Positions 32,408 through 44,482 are shown, counted from the stretch's first letter. The stretch is DNA of 64,000 bases from Thermoplasmatota archaeon (GCA_028279595.1 JANQNK010000001.1:69016-133015); one strand, 5' to 3'. Numbers and translations: made by a program. Notes: generated by a model not told the origin, from the letters alone.

Positions 32408-33343
32408 ATGGATCTTACATATGGGATACTTCTCCTAGCAGTAACCATCCTACTTGCTTTCGATCCGAGGTTGTTCGTGGATCTCCAATTATCATTGGTA
32501 TGGTTATTCATTGCTGGATTCACCGCAATGATATTCTATCATTTCTCGGGCTCGGTGCGAATGAAGACCCTTGAGGTCGATGACCTCGGAGTTCGACTAT
32601 TTATCGGCTCTAAGAAGGAATGGGATATACCGTGGAGCGCAATTGACTCAGTTGGATCCTCATCGGTTCCAGGCCGATACCCACGAGTCGGATTCAGTAT
32701 CGTTAGTGCCGGAAAGGGCCATTCTGTTAATGACAGGGATCAGATGGGTAACAGAAATGAACTTGAACAAGCCTTTGAGATAATCGTCAGAAAAGCTACC
32801 ACCTACAATATCGACATTAATGACACTCTCGGATGGGCTACGGATGTATTACCGACCGATTACATTGAATATAAACAGAGGTTATTCGCACATGGCAAAG
32901 AAAAATGGCATGACACGGGACAACGAGGAGCATTTGACAATGTATTCCTGTATTTCATACTCTCATTCTTAGTGGTTGGTGTGGGGATTCTGATTCTCCT
33001 TCCGGGATCAGAATTTCAAATTTGGGGATATATGCTGTTGGTACAACCTATGATATTCCTCCCCATTATCCTCTTGATCTATCTATCGAGCATTGCTAGC
33101 ATATGGTTTGATGATACGGGTATCGTGTTACGGTTTCCAAGGGGGAATGATAAGGTCATCAGATGGGGCGATATCAAGAACATCGGGGCAAACCCGAGAA
33201 CGGGGTATATCGGAATATCTACATTCAGCGGAAAGGGTTGGGCCGGATTCAAGTTCCAGGAAGATGTTTGCGAAGCCATACAAGTTCATTTTTCCGCTTT
33301 CGAAAAACGGAGGAAATCCGCTCCCGGAAGGGGAAAGTGGTGA
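32408..33343 (+). CDS. hypothetical membrane protein with internal duplication (2 TM plus small beta module, twice)
   Basis: LEVDDLGVRLFIGSKKEWDIPWSAIDSV and IWFDDTGIVLRFPRGNDKVIRWGDIKNIG each follow a TM hairpin. AT-rich gene. Confidence 0.5.
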   Translation: MDLTYGILLLAVTILLAFDPRLFVDLQLSLVWLFIAGFTAMIFYHFSGSVRMKTLEVDDLGVRLFIGSKKEWDIPWSAIDSVGSSSVPGRYPRVGFSIVSAGKGHSVNDRDQMGNRNELEQAFEIIVRKATTYNIDINDTLGWATDVLPTDYIEYKQRLFAHGKEKWHDTGQRGAFDNVFLYFILSFLVVGVGILILLPGSEFQIWGYMLLVQPMIFLPIILLIYLSSIASIWFDDTGIVLRFPRGNDKVIRWGDIKNIGANPRTGYIGISTFSGKGWAGFKFQEDVCEAIQVHFSAFEKRRKSAPGRGKW

Positions 33344-33527
33344 AGGGGGGTTCGTGGGGACCAAATTCGGGTGCAGATGCATAGAATATGTCGAATTCCC
33401 CCGACACCGGGGCGCAGTAATCCCATGTCGTTTATAAGCTCTTCGGTACATCGCGTAAAAATATCAACCGGGCAATGAATTTTCGCATCAAAGTGATGCA
33501 TTATTCTCGGGTCAACCGTTACAGGAA

Positions 33528-34109
33528 TTGGAAATCCCGGTGCCGGAATTAATAATGTCCGGAGCATCCGAGTCGTGTGATTACATTTCTTATACCCATT
33601 CCGTCATACTCGTCCGAGGTGATCGATTGGAGATAGAACTGATCGACGTCGACAAGCCGGAGGACATGAACTTCATTCTCGGACAGAGCCATTTCATCAA
33701 GACGGCCGAGGACGTCTTCGAGGCGCTGGTCAACGCGGTGCCTGGCATCGAGTTCGGCGTCGCCTTCTGCGAGGCCTCGATGAAACGACTGGTCAGGGCG
33801 GAGGGGACCTCGGACGAGCTCAGGGACCTTGCCGCGAAGAACGCCGAGAACATCGGCTGCGGACACTCCTTCATCATAATGCTCGGGAACGTCTTCCCGC
33901 TGAACGTGCTCCATGCGGTCAAGGGAGTTCCCGAGGTCGTCGGGATCTTCTGTGCGACAGCGAATCCGACCAAGGTCGTCGTGGCCGTGGAGGGCGACCA
34001 GCGCGGTATCCTCGGTGTCCTTGACGGGTTCAAGCCCCTCGGCATCGAGACGGAGGCTGACGTCGAGGACAGGCGCAAGTTCCTGCGGGCCATTGGCTAC
34101 AAGAAGTGA
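33528..34109 (+). CDS. adenosine-specific kinase family protein
   Basis: ILGQSHFIKTAEDVFEAL, FGVAFCEAS, IGCGHSFIIML, GVPEVVGIFCATANP, ILGVLDG and FLRAIGYK blocks. Start may be the Met at 33555. Confidence 0.7.
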   Translation: MEIPVPELIMSGASESCDYISYTHSVILVRGDRLEIELIDVDKPEDMNFILGQSHFIKTAEDVFEALVNAVPGIEFGVAFCEASMKRLVRAEGTSDELRDLAAKNAENIGCGHSFIIMLGNVFPLNVLHAVKGVPEVVGIFCATANPTKVVVAVEGDQRGILGVLDGFKPLGIETEADVEDRRKFLRAIGYKK

Positions 34110-34137
34110 ATTCACTGCCGTCCCGAACGGAGCGTTC

Positions 34138-35226
34138 TCAGTATCTCAACAGAGCGCCGACGCCGCCGAGCTCGTCCAGTGAGGGCTGTTCCTTGACGAA
34201 CTCGAGGGCGGTCCTCATCTCGACCGCCTTCTCGGCCAGCTCCTCGACGAGGTCGACGTTCAGGCACTCGGAGCCGCAGTTCGGACATTCGGCGCTATCG
34301 AACGAGACTATCCTGTCCTTCTCGCACTTCCATCCGGGGACCCTGAGTCCCATCGCGACCACGATGAGGTCCGACCTTCCGGCCTCCGTCGCCCTGTACG
34401 TCTCCTTGATCCCGTAGACCGCAGCGTCTCCCTTCAGGATCGCCGAGACCAGGGCCTCCACGGCCTCCCTCTCCTCGATCGCCTCCGTCTCGAAGAACAT
34501 CTCTGTCGCCCTCTCGAGGACCTCCGAATCGGAGGCGTCCCCGGAGACGGGAAAGGTCCCGATGACCCTCCTGCTCAGGTCCTGGGGAAGACTTCCCACG
34601 AAGACCTCGCGGGCTATCCCGGGCCCCGTAACGATGATCCGCCTCACTTCGGTCTTGCCGACCATCTCGTCGAGCGCGTCCTCGACATCCTTGAAGAAAT
34701 GTTTGAGTTCTATGTCCCGGTTCCTCTGGTAGCGCATCTGCGACCATCCGCCCTTCTTGTGGTGGTGGAAGATCGATTCGCTCAGCTCCCTCCGGCCGGC
34801 GATCATCTCGCCCTCGACTATGCTGAGGCGGGCGTGGTTCTCGTCGATGTAGACAACGATGTAGGTCTCGTACTCCTCGTTGTAGGTCAGAAGGGGAAGT
34901 ATGTAAGGGGATGAATCGACGACCATCGAGGTGCCCGCGCTCGCTCCGAGCTCGAACACCCTCTCGAACCCGTTCTCAACGGAGACGAAGACCGCCGTGG
35001 GAGTGGACCTTCCCTTGAGCAGGTCCATCGCCCGCTCCAGGTTCTTCTCGAAGGGGTCCCGGAGGTCCCTCCTCTCGCGCAGGGCCTTCGATATGTCCGA
35101 TGCCCTCCTGTAGAGGGCGGACTCGTTCGTCCTCACCGTCGGGTCCGAGTAGACCGACAGATATCGTGGGGATTCGTCGTAGGTTTCCGCTAGCTCAAGT
35201 AGTTCGTCGCGTTCGAGCAAGTTCAT
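34138..35226 (-). CDS. eRF1/Pelota-fold paralog (baeRF/VLRF1-like) with a Cys4 insertion
   Basis: YLSVYSDP N-terminus, HHHKKGGWSQMRYQRNRD at the GGQ-loop position, C-terminal domain ending GGVGALLRY, and a WKC-x13-CPNC-x3-C insertion. Confidence 0.65.
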   Translation of the reverse strand: MNLLERDELLELAETYDESPRYLSVYSDPTVRTNESALYRRASDISKALRERRDLRDPFEKNLERAMDLLKGRSTPTAVFVSVENGFERVFELGASAGTSMVVDSSPYILPLLTYNEEYETYIVVYIDENHARLSIVEGEMIAGRRELSESIFHHHKKGGWSQMRYQRNRDIELKHFFKDVEDALDEMVGKTEVRRIIVTGPGIAREVFVGSLPQDLSRRVIGTFPVSGDASDSEVLERATEMFFETEAIEEREAVEALVSAILKGDAAVYGIKETYRATEAGRSDLIVVAMGLRVPGWKCEKDRIVSFDSAECPNCGSECLNVDLVEELAEKAVEMRTALEFVKEQPSLDELGGVGALLRY

Positions 35227-35231
35227 CCCTC

Positions 35232-35534
35232 CTAGGATTTGATTATCGCGATCAGGAACACTCCGGCAGCCAGTATGGCCCCGAGGATGACGCCGATCAC
35301 GACCATGGCCGCGTGGAAGATGTCCACATCCTCGAAGAAGAACCCTTCGACGTCCGCTATCAGGACGTAAGAGTAAAGGGCTATGATCGCGAGGCCGATC
35401 ACAAGGAACACACCACCGATCTTGCGGGTCTTCCCCGCGCCGAAATAGAGGGTGAAAGCGCCAGCGAAGAGCATCAATATCGAGAACGATAACAGGAAGA
35501 CTGCTCCTATTACTTCAATGGGTCCAGCGCACAT
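35232..35534 (-). CDS. small three-TM membrane protein
   Basis: 100 aa, almost entirely hydrophobic helices. Confidence 0.5.
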   Translation of the reverse strand: MCAGPIEVIGAVFLLSFSILMLFAGAFTLYFGAGKTRKIGGVFLVIGLAIIALYSYVLIADVEGFFFEDVDIFHAAMVVIGVILGAILAAGVFLIAIIKS

Positions 35535-35595
35535 TTTCTATCCCTCCCGACCAAATCGCCGTTTGGTTATTAAACCTTTTTGGGACAGGGATATA

Positions 35596-36369
35596 ATGGG
35601 TGTAGGGGATGGTGAGCCGATCGAAATGGAGATACCCGAGGACCACCCGAGATACCTGTCGCTGACGTCGCGGGAGAGGATAGCCGACGGCGTGGAAGCA
35701 GGGCTCGTCGACCGGACGGGGCTCATCGCCCACGGCAGGGGAGAGGCCTTCGACTACCTCCTCGGGGAGACGACCATCCCTCCCGCAGAGATGGCCACCA
35801 AGGCGGCTGCTGCAGCACTTGTGCAGGCGGACTCGTCCGTCATCTCCGTGAACGGAAACACAGCTGTCCTTTCCGGGGAGGAGATCGCCTCGATGTCCAG
35901 GATCCACGACATCCCCGTCGAGATCAACATCTTCCACCGCACCGAGGGGAGGGTCGCACGACTGGTGGACCACATGAAAGGCTTCGGGCTCGACGACGTT
36001 CTCGGTATAGATCCCGATGCAACGATACCCAACCTCGCTCAACCGAGGGCGGCCTGCTGCGAGGTCGGGATATACAATGCCGACGTCGTCCTCGTTCCGC
36101 TCGAGGACGGCGACAGGGCCCAAGCCCTGAAGGGGATGGGAAAGACCGTCATCACTATCGATCTCAATCCTCTTTCCAGGACCGCCAGGACGGCCGACAT
36201 CACCATCGTCGACAACGTCGTCAGGGCCATCCCGAACATCGACGAGGCCATGTCCGAGATGTCAAGGGAGGAAGCGCAAGGGATACTCTCAGCCTTCGAT
36301 AATGGTGACAATCTGAAGGAAACGATGGAGTTCATCGCCCGCAGGATGTCCGCGGGCGACGATCGCTGA
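35596..36369 (+). CDS. 4-phosphopantoate--beta-alanine ligase (archaeal phosphopantothenate synthetase)
   Basis: HPRYLSLTSRE, GLIAHGRGEAFDYLLGE, ISVNGNTA, VVLVPLEDGDR, IDLNPLSRTA and IVDNVVRA blocks of the archaeal PPS family. Start at internal ATG 35596. Confidence 0.85.
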   Translation: MGVGDGEPIEMEIPEDHPRYLSLTSRERIADGVEAGLVDRTGLIAHGRGEAFDYLLGETTIPPAEMATKAAAAALVQADSSVISVNGNTAVLSGEEIASMSRIHDIPVEINIFHRTEGRVARLVDHMKGFGLDDVLGIDPDATIPNLAQPRAACCEVGIYNADVVLVPLEDGDRAQALKGMGKTVITIDLNPLSRTARTADITIVDNVVRAIPNIDEAMSEMSREEAQGILSAFDNGDNLKETMEFIARRMSAGDDR

Positions 36370-36425
36370 GAAAACTCGAGGATCCGTATCAGAGTACGGT
36401 ATTTATCACGATAATGACCACGAAG

Positions 36426-36467
36426 GGAGAGCGGACCGCCTGTCCCCCGACCCGCCGGCCGCTCTCC
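36426..36467. terminator. 9-bp perfect inverted repeat (GGAGAGCGG ... CCGCTCTCC) between convergent genes
   Basis: Stem arms at 36426-36434 and 36459-36467, with a 24-nt C-rich loop. Confidence 0.35.
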
Positions 36468-36481
36468 GTTGTGATCCTTCT

Positions 36482-36577
36482 CACTCGATGTTGATCAGTT
36501 CGCCCTTGACGAGCACGTAGTGTTTCGGCTTGATCAGATCGAACCGGACCATCGCGAACTTCTTTTCTTTCACCATT
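36482..36577 (-). CDS. 31-aa candidate small protein (MVKEKKFAMVRFDLIKPKHYVLVKGELINIE)
   Basis: AGGAGGGG SD-like box ending 7 nt before the ATG. Downstream of the S2P gene on the same strand. Not in the ORF track. Confidence 0.3.
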
Positions 36578-36700
36578 TTTTGTCCCCTCCTCTTAGAACT
36601 ACTACACACCCCTCCTTTAAGTCGAGATTAGTGCGGTCTTTTTACATCTTTAATAGACATTGGTCCGATGTTTTGACATCAGCGGGGAAGAACACACTTT

Positions 36701-38092
36701 CTACTGGAATCCTGCCGCCACCCGCGGCCCCAACACCTGCCATATAACGAGGAAGAAAACTAGTAGACTGATGAACAGCAGGCTCCTTCCCACTGCCCTC
36801 TCCGTCCTTTCCTTCTTCCAGCCAAGCTTCGTGAAGAACGCGGTCGCTCCGTCGTGGAATATGTAGGAGCCGTCGAACGGCACTGCTGGCAGGGCGTTGC
36901 TGATGCCGACCATCAGGTTGAGCCAGAAGAGCCAGTAGAAGACATTTGCCAGGAGCCAGAACATCGGCTCTGACGTCTCCGCTATAGGTCCAGACGGTTC
37001 GTAGACGTCGGTGATCGGCTCGTGGAACGGAACGAGACCCGAGAACGGCGGGACGATGGCGTAGTTGATCATGTTGTTCCTGAGCTCCCCGAAGTCGTCG
37101 GCGGACGCGATCGGATGGTGGAGCACCTCCTTCAGCTCCACCGTGCTGACGCCCATGAGGTAGATGCCGATGTATCCGTTGTCCCTGTCCTCATCGAGCT
37201 TCGTGTAATCGTACCTGTCGGCCAGAGTGGCGTTGATCCACTGTTTCTCGCCCTCGTACCACACGTACAGGCTGACGTTGTCCCCAGGTTCGGTGAACTC
37301 CATGAAATCGTGGAAGTCGTCGTAGTTCCTGACCCTGAAGTCGCCCAGGGGTATGCCCAGACGGTCGCCGGATATGTTCAGGAGGATCATTCCCGCCTTC
37401 AGCCCGGCGTCGTCAGCGGGCGAGTCCTCGACGATGCCGGTGATCAGGATGCCCTCCTCGACGGGCGTCACGGCCGCCATGAAGACGTGGGAGAATATTG
37501 CAGCACAGAGTATCGCGAATAGTATGTTCGTTGCCGGACCGACCGCAGCCATCCTGTCCCTGACCCGGGGCTTCGCCTCCTTCAACGCCTCCTCGTCCGG
37601 CTCGACGAATGCGCCTACGGGGACGATGAAGAACAGCAGTCCGAGGGACTTGATCTTGAGCTTTCCGACCAGTGAGAGTATTCCGTGCGCCCCCTCGTGT
37701 ATTACGATGGCCACTGCGAGGGCCATTATTCCGTACCAGAGAGGTATGACGGGATTGATGCCCGGAAGTCCGATGATGTGCTTCGGTTCGGGGGACCTGT
37801 CCGCGGGCAGTGACATGACGTAGACGGCGCTCCAGAGGAGAAGCACCATCATGGCGACCATGGCGAAGACCGTTATCGCTATCGATACGTCGCCATACCA
37901 CTTCCAGAACCTGTCCTTCTCCGCCATCCTTTCCAGGAGGGCCTTGCCCTTCTCGGTCTTCCACATGATGAAGGGTCCGTAGAGCGCGAGGTGGTACCTC
38001 TCGAGGATGCCCTTGTTCCTGGCATACAGCGCCAGGAGTAGGTACGCGCCTATCAGGGCCTCGGTGAAGATGTACCACTCGTAAACGTTCAT
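36701..38092 (-). CDS. site-2 protease (peptidase M50) with PDZ domain
   Basis: HEGAHG (HExxH) within a TM helix, PDZ block ITGIVEDSPADDAGLKAGMILLNISG, multiple TMs. Start moved to ATG 38092, with TTAAATAAG TATA-like box about 27-36 nt upstream. Confidence 0.8.
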   Translation of the reverse strand: MNVYEWYIFTEALIGAYLLLALYARNKGILERYHLALYGPFIMWKTEKGKALLERMAEKDRFWKWYGDVSIAITVFAMVAMMVLLLWSAVYVMSLPADRSPEPKHIIGLPGINPVIPLWYGIMALAVAIVIHEGAHGILSLVGKLKIKSLGLLFFIVPVGAFVEPDEEALKEAKPRVRDRMAAVGPATNILFAILCAAIFSHVFMAAVTPVEEGILITGIVEDSPADDAGLKAGMILLNISGDRLGIPLGDFRVRNYDDFHDFMEFTEPGDNVSLYVWYEGEKQWINATLADRYDYTKLDEDRDNGYIGIYLMGVSTVELKEVLHHPIASADDFGELRNNMINYAIVPPFSGLVPFHEPITDVYEPSGPIAETSEPMFWLLANVFYWLFWLNLMVGISNALPAVPFDGSYIFHDGATAFFTKLGWKKERTERAVGRSLLFISLLVFFLVIWQVLGPRVAAGFQ

Positions 38093-38315
38093 GTCAACGT
38101 CGAGGCATTGCAACGTCCTTATTTAAGCGAATAGGTATTAATCGGGAATTCCCGGGACCTCGGCCCCCTCTCAATTGATATAAAGGAAGCCCTTCCGGGG
38201 GGTAGAATTCCACGGGCACCGGCGGTCGGCGGGCGGACTCCCTGGCACATGCCTGGAATCGCCGTTATGGGAACATTTATTAATCCCCCGTACCATCACA
38301 ACCGGGGGTTATCCC

Positions 38316-40715
<2,400 letters not shown>

Positions 40716-40716
<1 letters not shown>

Positions 40717-42347
40717 TGGCTGTCGTAGGTTTCGAGGGCACCGCCCACACGGCGGGCGTCGGTGTCGTCTCCGACGATGGAGAGTTCCTTTCGAACATCA
40801 TCGACATGTACAGGCCGGAGTCCGGCGGGATCCATCCCCGGGAGGCTGCCGACCATCACTCCGCGGTCTTCAGTGAACTGTTGCGCAATGCGATGGAGGA
40901 GGCAGGCATCGGCCGGAACGACATCGACGCCGTCGCATTCTCCATGGGGCCGGGCCTCGGTCCCTGTCTCAGGGTCACGGCGACGGCGGCGAGGACCGCC
41001 GCTATGTCGCTTGGAGTGCCGCTTGCGGGTGTCAACCACTGTGTCGCACACCTCGAGATCGGGCGCGCCTTCGGCGCGTCGGACCCCGTTCTGCTCTACG
41101 TTTCTGGAGGGAACACACAGGTCATCGCCTACGTCGAGGGAAGGTACCGCGTGATCGGAGAGACCCTAGACATCGGCATCGGGAACATGCTCGACAAGCT
41201 CGGGCTCTCGATGGGCCTGACGTTCCCGGCCGCGCCGAAGCTGGAGAAGATGGCACTCGAAGGGTCCGTCATCCATGAACTCCCGTATTCGGTGAAGGGC
41301 ATGGACGTGGCCTTCTCAGGGATACTGACCGCCGCGCAACGGATGGAGGCCGCCGAGAACGACCTCGCCCTCTCGGTCCAGGAGACCGCATTCTCGATGC
41401 TCATCGAGGTGACGGAGAGGGCAATGGCCCATACAGGCAAGGAGGAGCTCCTTCTCGGAGGGGGAGTGGCCCAGAACTCCCGCCTCGTCGAGATGGCCCG
41501 CATCATGTGTGAGGAGAGGGGCGCCACCATGATAGTCCCGCCGAGGGACCTGCTCAGGGACAACGGCGCGATGATTGCGTACACTGGCCTGCTCATGCAC
41601 AGGGCCGGCGCACACACACCCATCGATTCAAGCACCGTCTTGCAGAGGTTCCGGACGGACGAGGTCGACGCATTCTGGACGGGCCTCGACACCACGGATA
41701 ATCCCGGGATGTCCTTCACACCAGGCGGTGAGGTCCACAGGATCGGGGCCGAGGCGACGGTGACATCCACGGATTGGCACGGGATCCCTTCGGTCTCCAA
41801 GGAGAGGCGGCCAAAGGGCTATCGCTCCAGCGACCTCGACAGGTCCCTCCGGGACAGCAGGACGAGGCACGAGGCCAGGATGCTGTCCGAGGCGAGGCGG
41901 ATCGGGGTCATGACCCCGAGGGTCCTGGATGTCGACCGGTCCACGTCCACCATCGTTATGGAGAGGATCGACGGCCCGACCCTCAGGGACGTCCTGTCGG
42001 ACGATCCCGAGGGTGAGGCCCTTGCAAGGTTCGGAACGGTCCTGGCGACCCTTCACAACGGGGGATTCACCCACGGGGACCCGACGACCTCCAACGCCCT
42101 CGTCACGGACGACGGATTGGTCCTGATAGACCTGAGCCTCGGCGGCGCCCAGGCGGACCCTGAAGGGATGGCCGTGGACCTGAAGCTCGCGAGGGAAGCG
42201 CTCGAGAGCACCCACCCGAACGCCGACTTCGGAAAGGTCCTCGGCGCGTACAGCGAGGTCTCGAACGAGCCCGGGGTCCTCGGACGTCTCGAAGACCTCG
42301 ATTCCAGGGGCCGTTACAGAAGGCGGGAAGCCGTCCAGGACCATTGA
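40716..42347 (+). CDS. kae1: bifunctional Kae1 (tRNA t6A transferase) / Bud32 kinase fusion
   Basis: ATG overlaps the purA TGA. N-terminal Kae1 blocks (GFEGTAHT, GIHPREAADHH, GPGLGPCLRV, NHCVAHLE, SGGNTQ) and a C-terminal Bud32-type kinase (GAEATV, HGDPTTSN, LIDLSLG). Confidence 0.9.
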
Positions 42348-42415
42348 AAACGCCGTTTTCCTGCGTATTTCACCTCGAATCCGTTGTCAAATATCGATTA
42401 AAAAGTTTATATGCG

Positions 42416-43423
42416 ATGAGACCGGATTTGTTCCTGATGAGAAGTCTCTTCATCGTTCCGGCGCTGATACTGCTCCTCGCTCTGGGCTCTGCAGCCGGAG
42501 CGCCGAACCCCGACCCCCCGGGGGACGAGATCACCGTCGTCATCGAGTTCGCTGCCAATTCCCAGATCACAGCAACACCGGGATCCTCTTTCGACCTTTA
42601 CGGCAACGTCAGTTACGAGAATCCCTACTCGTCAGAGCTGACGGTAGAGCTGTCCGCCGACGCCGGGACCTGGAACTCGCACGTTATACCAAACAACTTC
42701 ACGGTCGAGGACGACGTTGGCATCGTCGCATACACGGTCAGGGTGACCGTCCCGGACGGAGCGAGTTCGACCGAAAGCGTGTGGGCCACCGGCGAGTGGT
42801 CCTCCGGCGACATGGAGGGCGACGCCGTCCCCGACAGGGTCCAAGCCGGGGCCATACCGGGCGACGAGAGCCATGATTCCAGCCCAAATGACATGATGAT
42901 GCTGGCCGCTGTCACCACTGGAGCGGCTGCAGCAGCCATCGGGATCGGCTACGCCTCATGGGCAGCCATGAAGAAGCTCCCACCGGTCGTTCCCCCGTAC
43001 TATACACGTTTGAAGAAGGCCGATATCGTCGGACACAAGGCCAGGCATGACATCCTGAACAAGCTCGAGGAGGAGCCGGGCATGTCACTCGGGTCGATCG
43101 TCGACGAGCTCGGAGACTCGCGAAGTACGGTCATGTACCACCTCAGGGTCCTCGAGAAGGAGGGCCTGGTCCGGTCCCAGAGGGAAGGCCGCTCCCGGCT
43201 ATTCTATCCGCAGGGTGCCCCGGCACATCCACACGTGGAGCTGGAGGACTCCATCCTCCAGACAGTGATGCTGAACCCCGGCTCCGACATCTCGGAGATC
43301 GCCCGCGAACTCGGGACCAGCAAACAGCTGATATCCTACCACGTCAACAAGCTCGCCACCTCAGACAGGTTGTGGGTAGAGATGGACGGCCGGAGGAAGC
43401 GCTGCTATCCCCGGGATACCTGA
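42416..43423 (+). CDS. membrane-tethered protein with extracytoplasmic domain and two cytoplasmic ArsR-type wHTH domains
   Basis: Signal or TM-like N-terminus, exported domain of about 150 aa, TM AAVTTGAAAAAIGIGYASWAA. Then two wHTH units (SLGSIVDELGDSRSTVMYHLRVLEKEGLV; SDISEIARELGTSKQLISYHVNKLA). Confidence 0.65.
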   Translation: MRPDLFLMRSLFIVPALILLLALGSAAGAPNPDPPGDEITVVIEFAANSQITATPGSSFDLYGNVSYENPYSSELTVELSADAGTWNSHVIPNNFTVEDDVGIVAYTVRVTVPDGASSTESVWATGEWSSGDMEGDAVPDRVQAGAIPGDESHDSSPNDMMMLAAVTTGAAAAAIGIGYASWAAMKKLPPVVPPYYTRLKKADIVGHKARHDILNKLEEEPGMSLGSIVDELGDSRSTVMYHLRVLEKEGLVRSQREGRSRLFYPQGAPAHPHVELEDSILQTVMLNPGSDISEIARELGTSKQLISYHVNKLATSDRLWVEMDGRRKRCYPRDT

Positions 43424-43471
43424 GCCAGTCCCGCGACAGATTTTAATATTTCCAGCCCTTTACATCCACCA

Positions 43472-44482
43472 ATGGGTGTAGACTGGGGGCGCGACGATAA
43501 CGAGTACGAGTACGACGAATACGATCGCCCACAGGACCGTAGGAAGAAACGGCGGGGAGCCGACTGGGACGACCGCGACTGGGCTCCCAGTGACGAACCG
43601 ATGGGTCCCGACGCCGACTGGGACAGGGACTTCCAGCCACAGCGGTCCCCCGAGGAGGAGGAGCGATACCGCCGGGAGTACGAGGACAGGGCGCGATCGC
43701 ACCATTATTACCACGGCGGCATGACCGAAGTGGAACGTGAGAAGGTCCAGTTCGAGGAGGCTCGATGGGAGGCCAGCAGGGAGCCGAGACGGGCCCCGCC
43801 CCCGCAGAGCCGCGGATACAAGGGTTCCGGAGGCAAATGGGAGGACGACGTCTATCAGAGCCACCGGCCTCCCGACAGGAACATGGCGGCGGACGAGTTC
43901 TACCGCATGCAGCAGAGGGAATGGGAGGACAAGCAGTACGAGGACCCGTACCGCCCGAAGAAGAAGCCGAAAGCCAGTGCACCCAAGTGGTACAAGACCG
44001 ATGCCGAGAAGTCCAGGATGGCCAAGAGGCAGGCGCACACCCCATATGTGGAGAAGGAGAAGATCATCTTAGAGGCCTACAATCTCCCTGTCGGAATGGT
44101 CATATTAACCGTACTGATGATGATTGGTGGTGCGATCGGATTAATGTTTACATTCCTCGCGATTTTCGCATCTTCATCCTTATCAGGATTTGGTGTAGAT
44201 CCTGCTAGTGTTGCGGGAATAGCTATCTTTATCGGATTAGTAGTCGGAGGTCCTTCCTTATTAGCGATCTACGCTGGGATTGCTATATTCGAACGGAAGC
44301 ATTGGGGATGGGCGTATATGCGTTTCGCTATATGGTTAGTGTTCATTCCCGCCATTTACCTAATGTTCTTCACTGCAGCTTTCCTTAGTATATGCCTATT
44401 CACATGTATTGCGCCAATTGTCGGGATAGGTGGTGCAATCCTGGTTTACACCTCACGTCATGAATCCATCTTTAAAGGCTAA
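43472..44482 (+). CDS. hypothetical protein: ~195-aa charged W/D/E/R/Y-rich disordered N-terminus plus 4-TM C-terminal domain
   Basis: ORF as given in the track. The TM part (about 44050-44480) is visibly AT-rich compared with the N-terminal part. Confidence 0.55.
   Translation: MGVDWGRDDNEYEYDEYDRPQDRRKKRRGADWDDRDWAPSDEPMGPDADWDRDFQPQRSPEEEERYRREYEDRARSHHYYHGGMTEVEREKVQFEEARWEASREPRRAPPPQSRGYKGSGGKWEDDVYQSHRPPDRNMAADEFYRMQQREWEDKQYEDPYRPKKKPKASAPKWYKTDAEKSRMAKRQAHTPYVEKEKIILEAYNLPVGMVILTVLMMIGGAIGLMFTFLAIFASSSLSGFGVDPASVAGIAIFIGLVVGGPSLLAIYAGIAIFERKHWGWAYMRFAIWLVFIPAIYLMFFTAAFLSICLFTCIAPIVGIGGAILVYTSRHESIFKG

Noticed and set aside
38143-38154. 12-bp perfect palindrome CGGGAATTCCCG in the divergent S2P / coiled-coil spacer, a possible operator.
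   Set aside because: It is a single short occurrence in GC-rich DNA, with no second half-site or repeat elsewhere in the window. It cannot be distinguished from chance.
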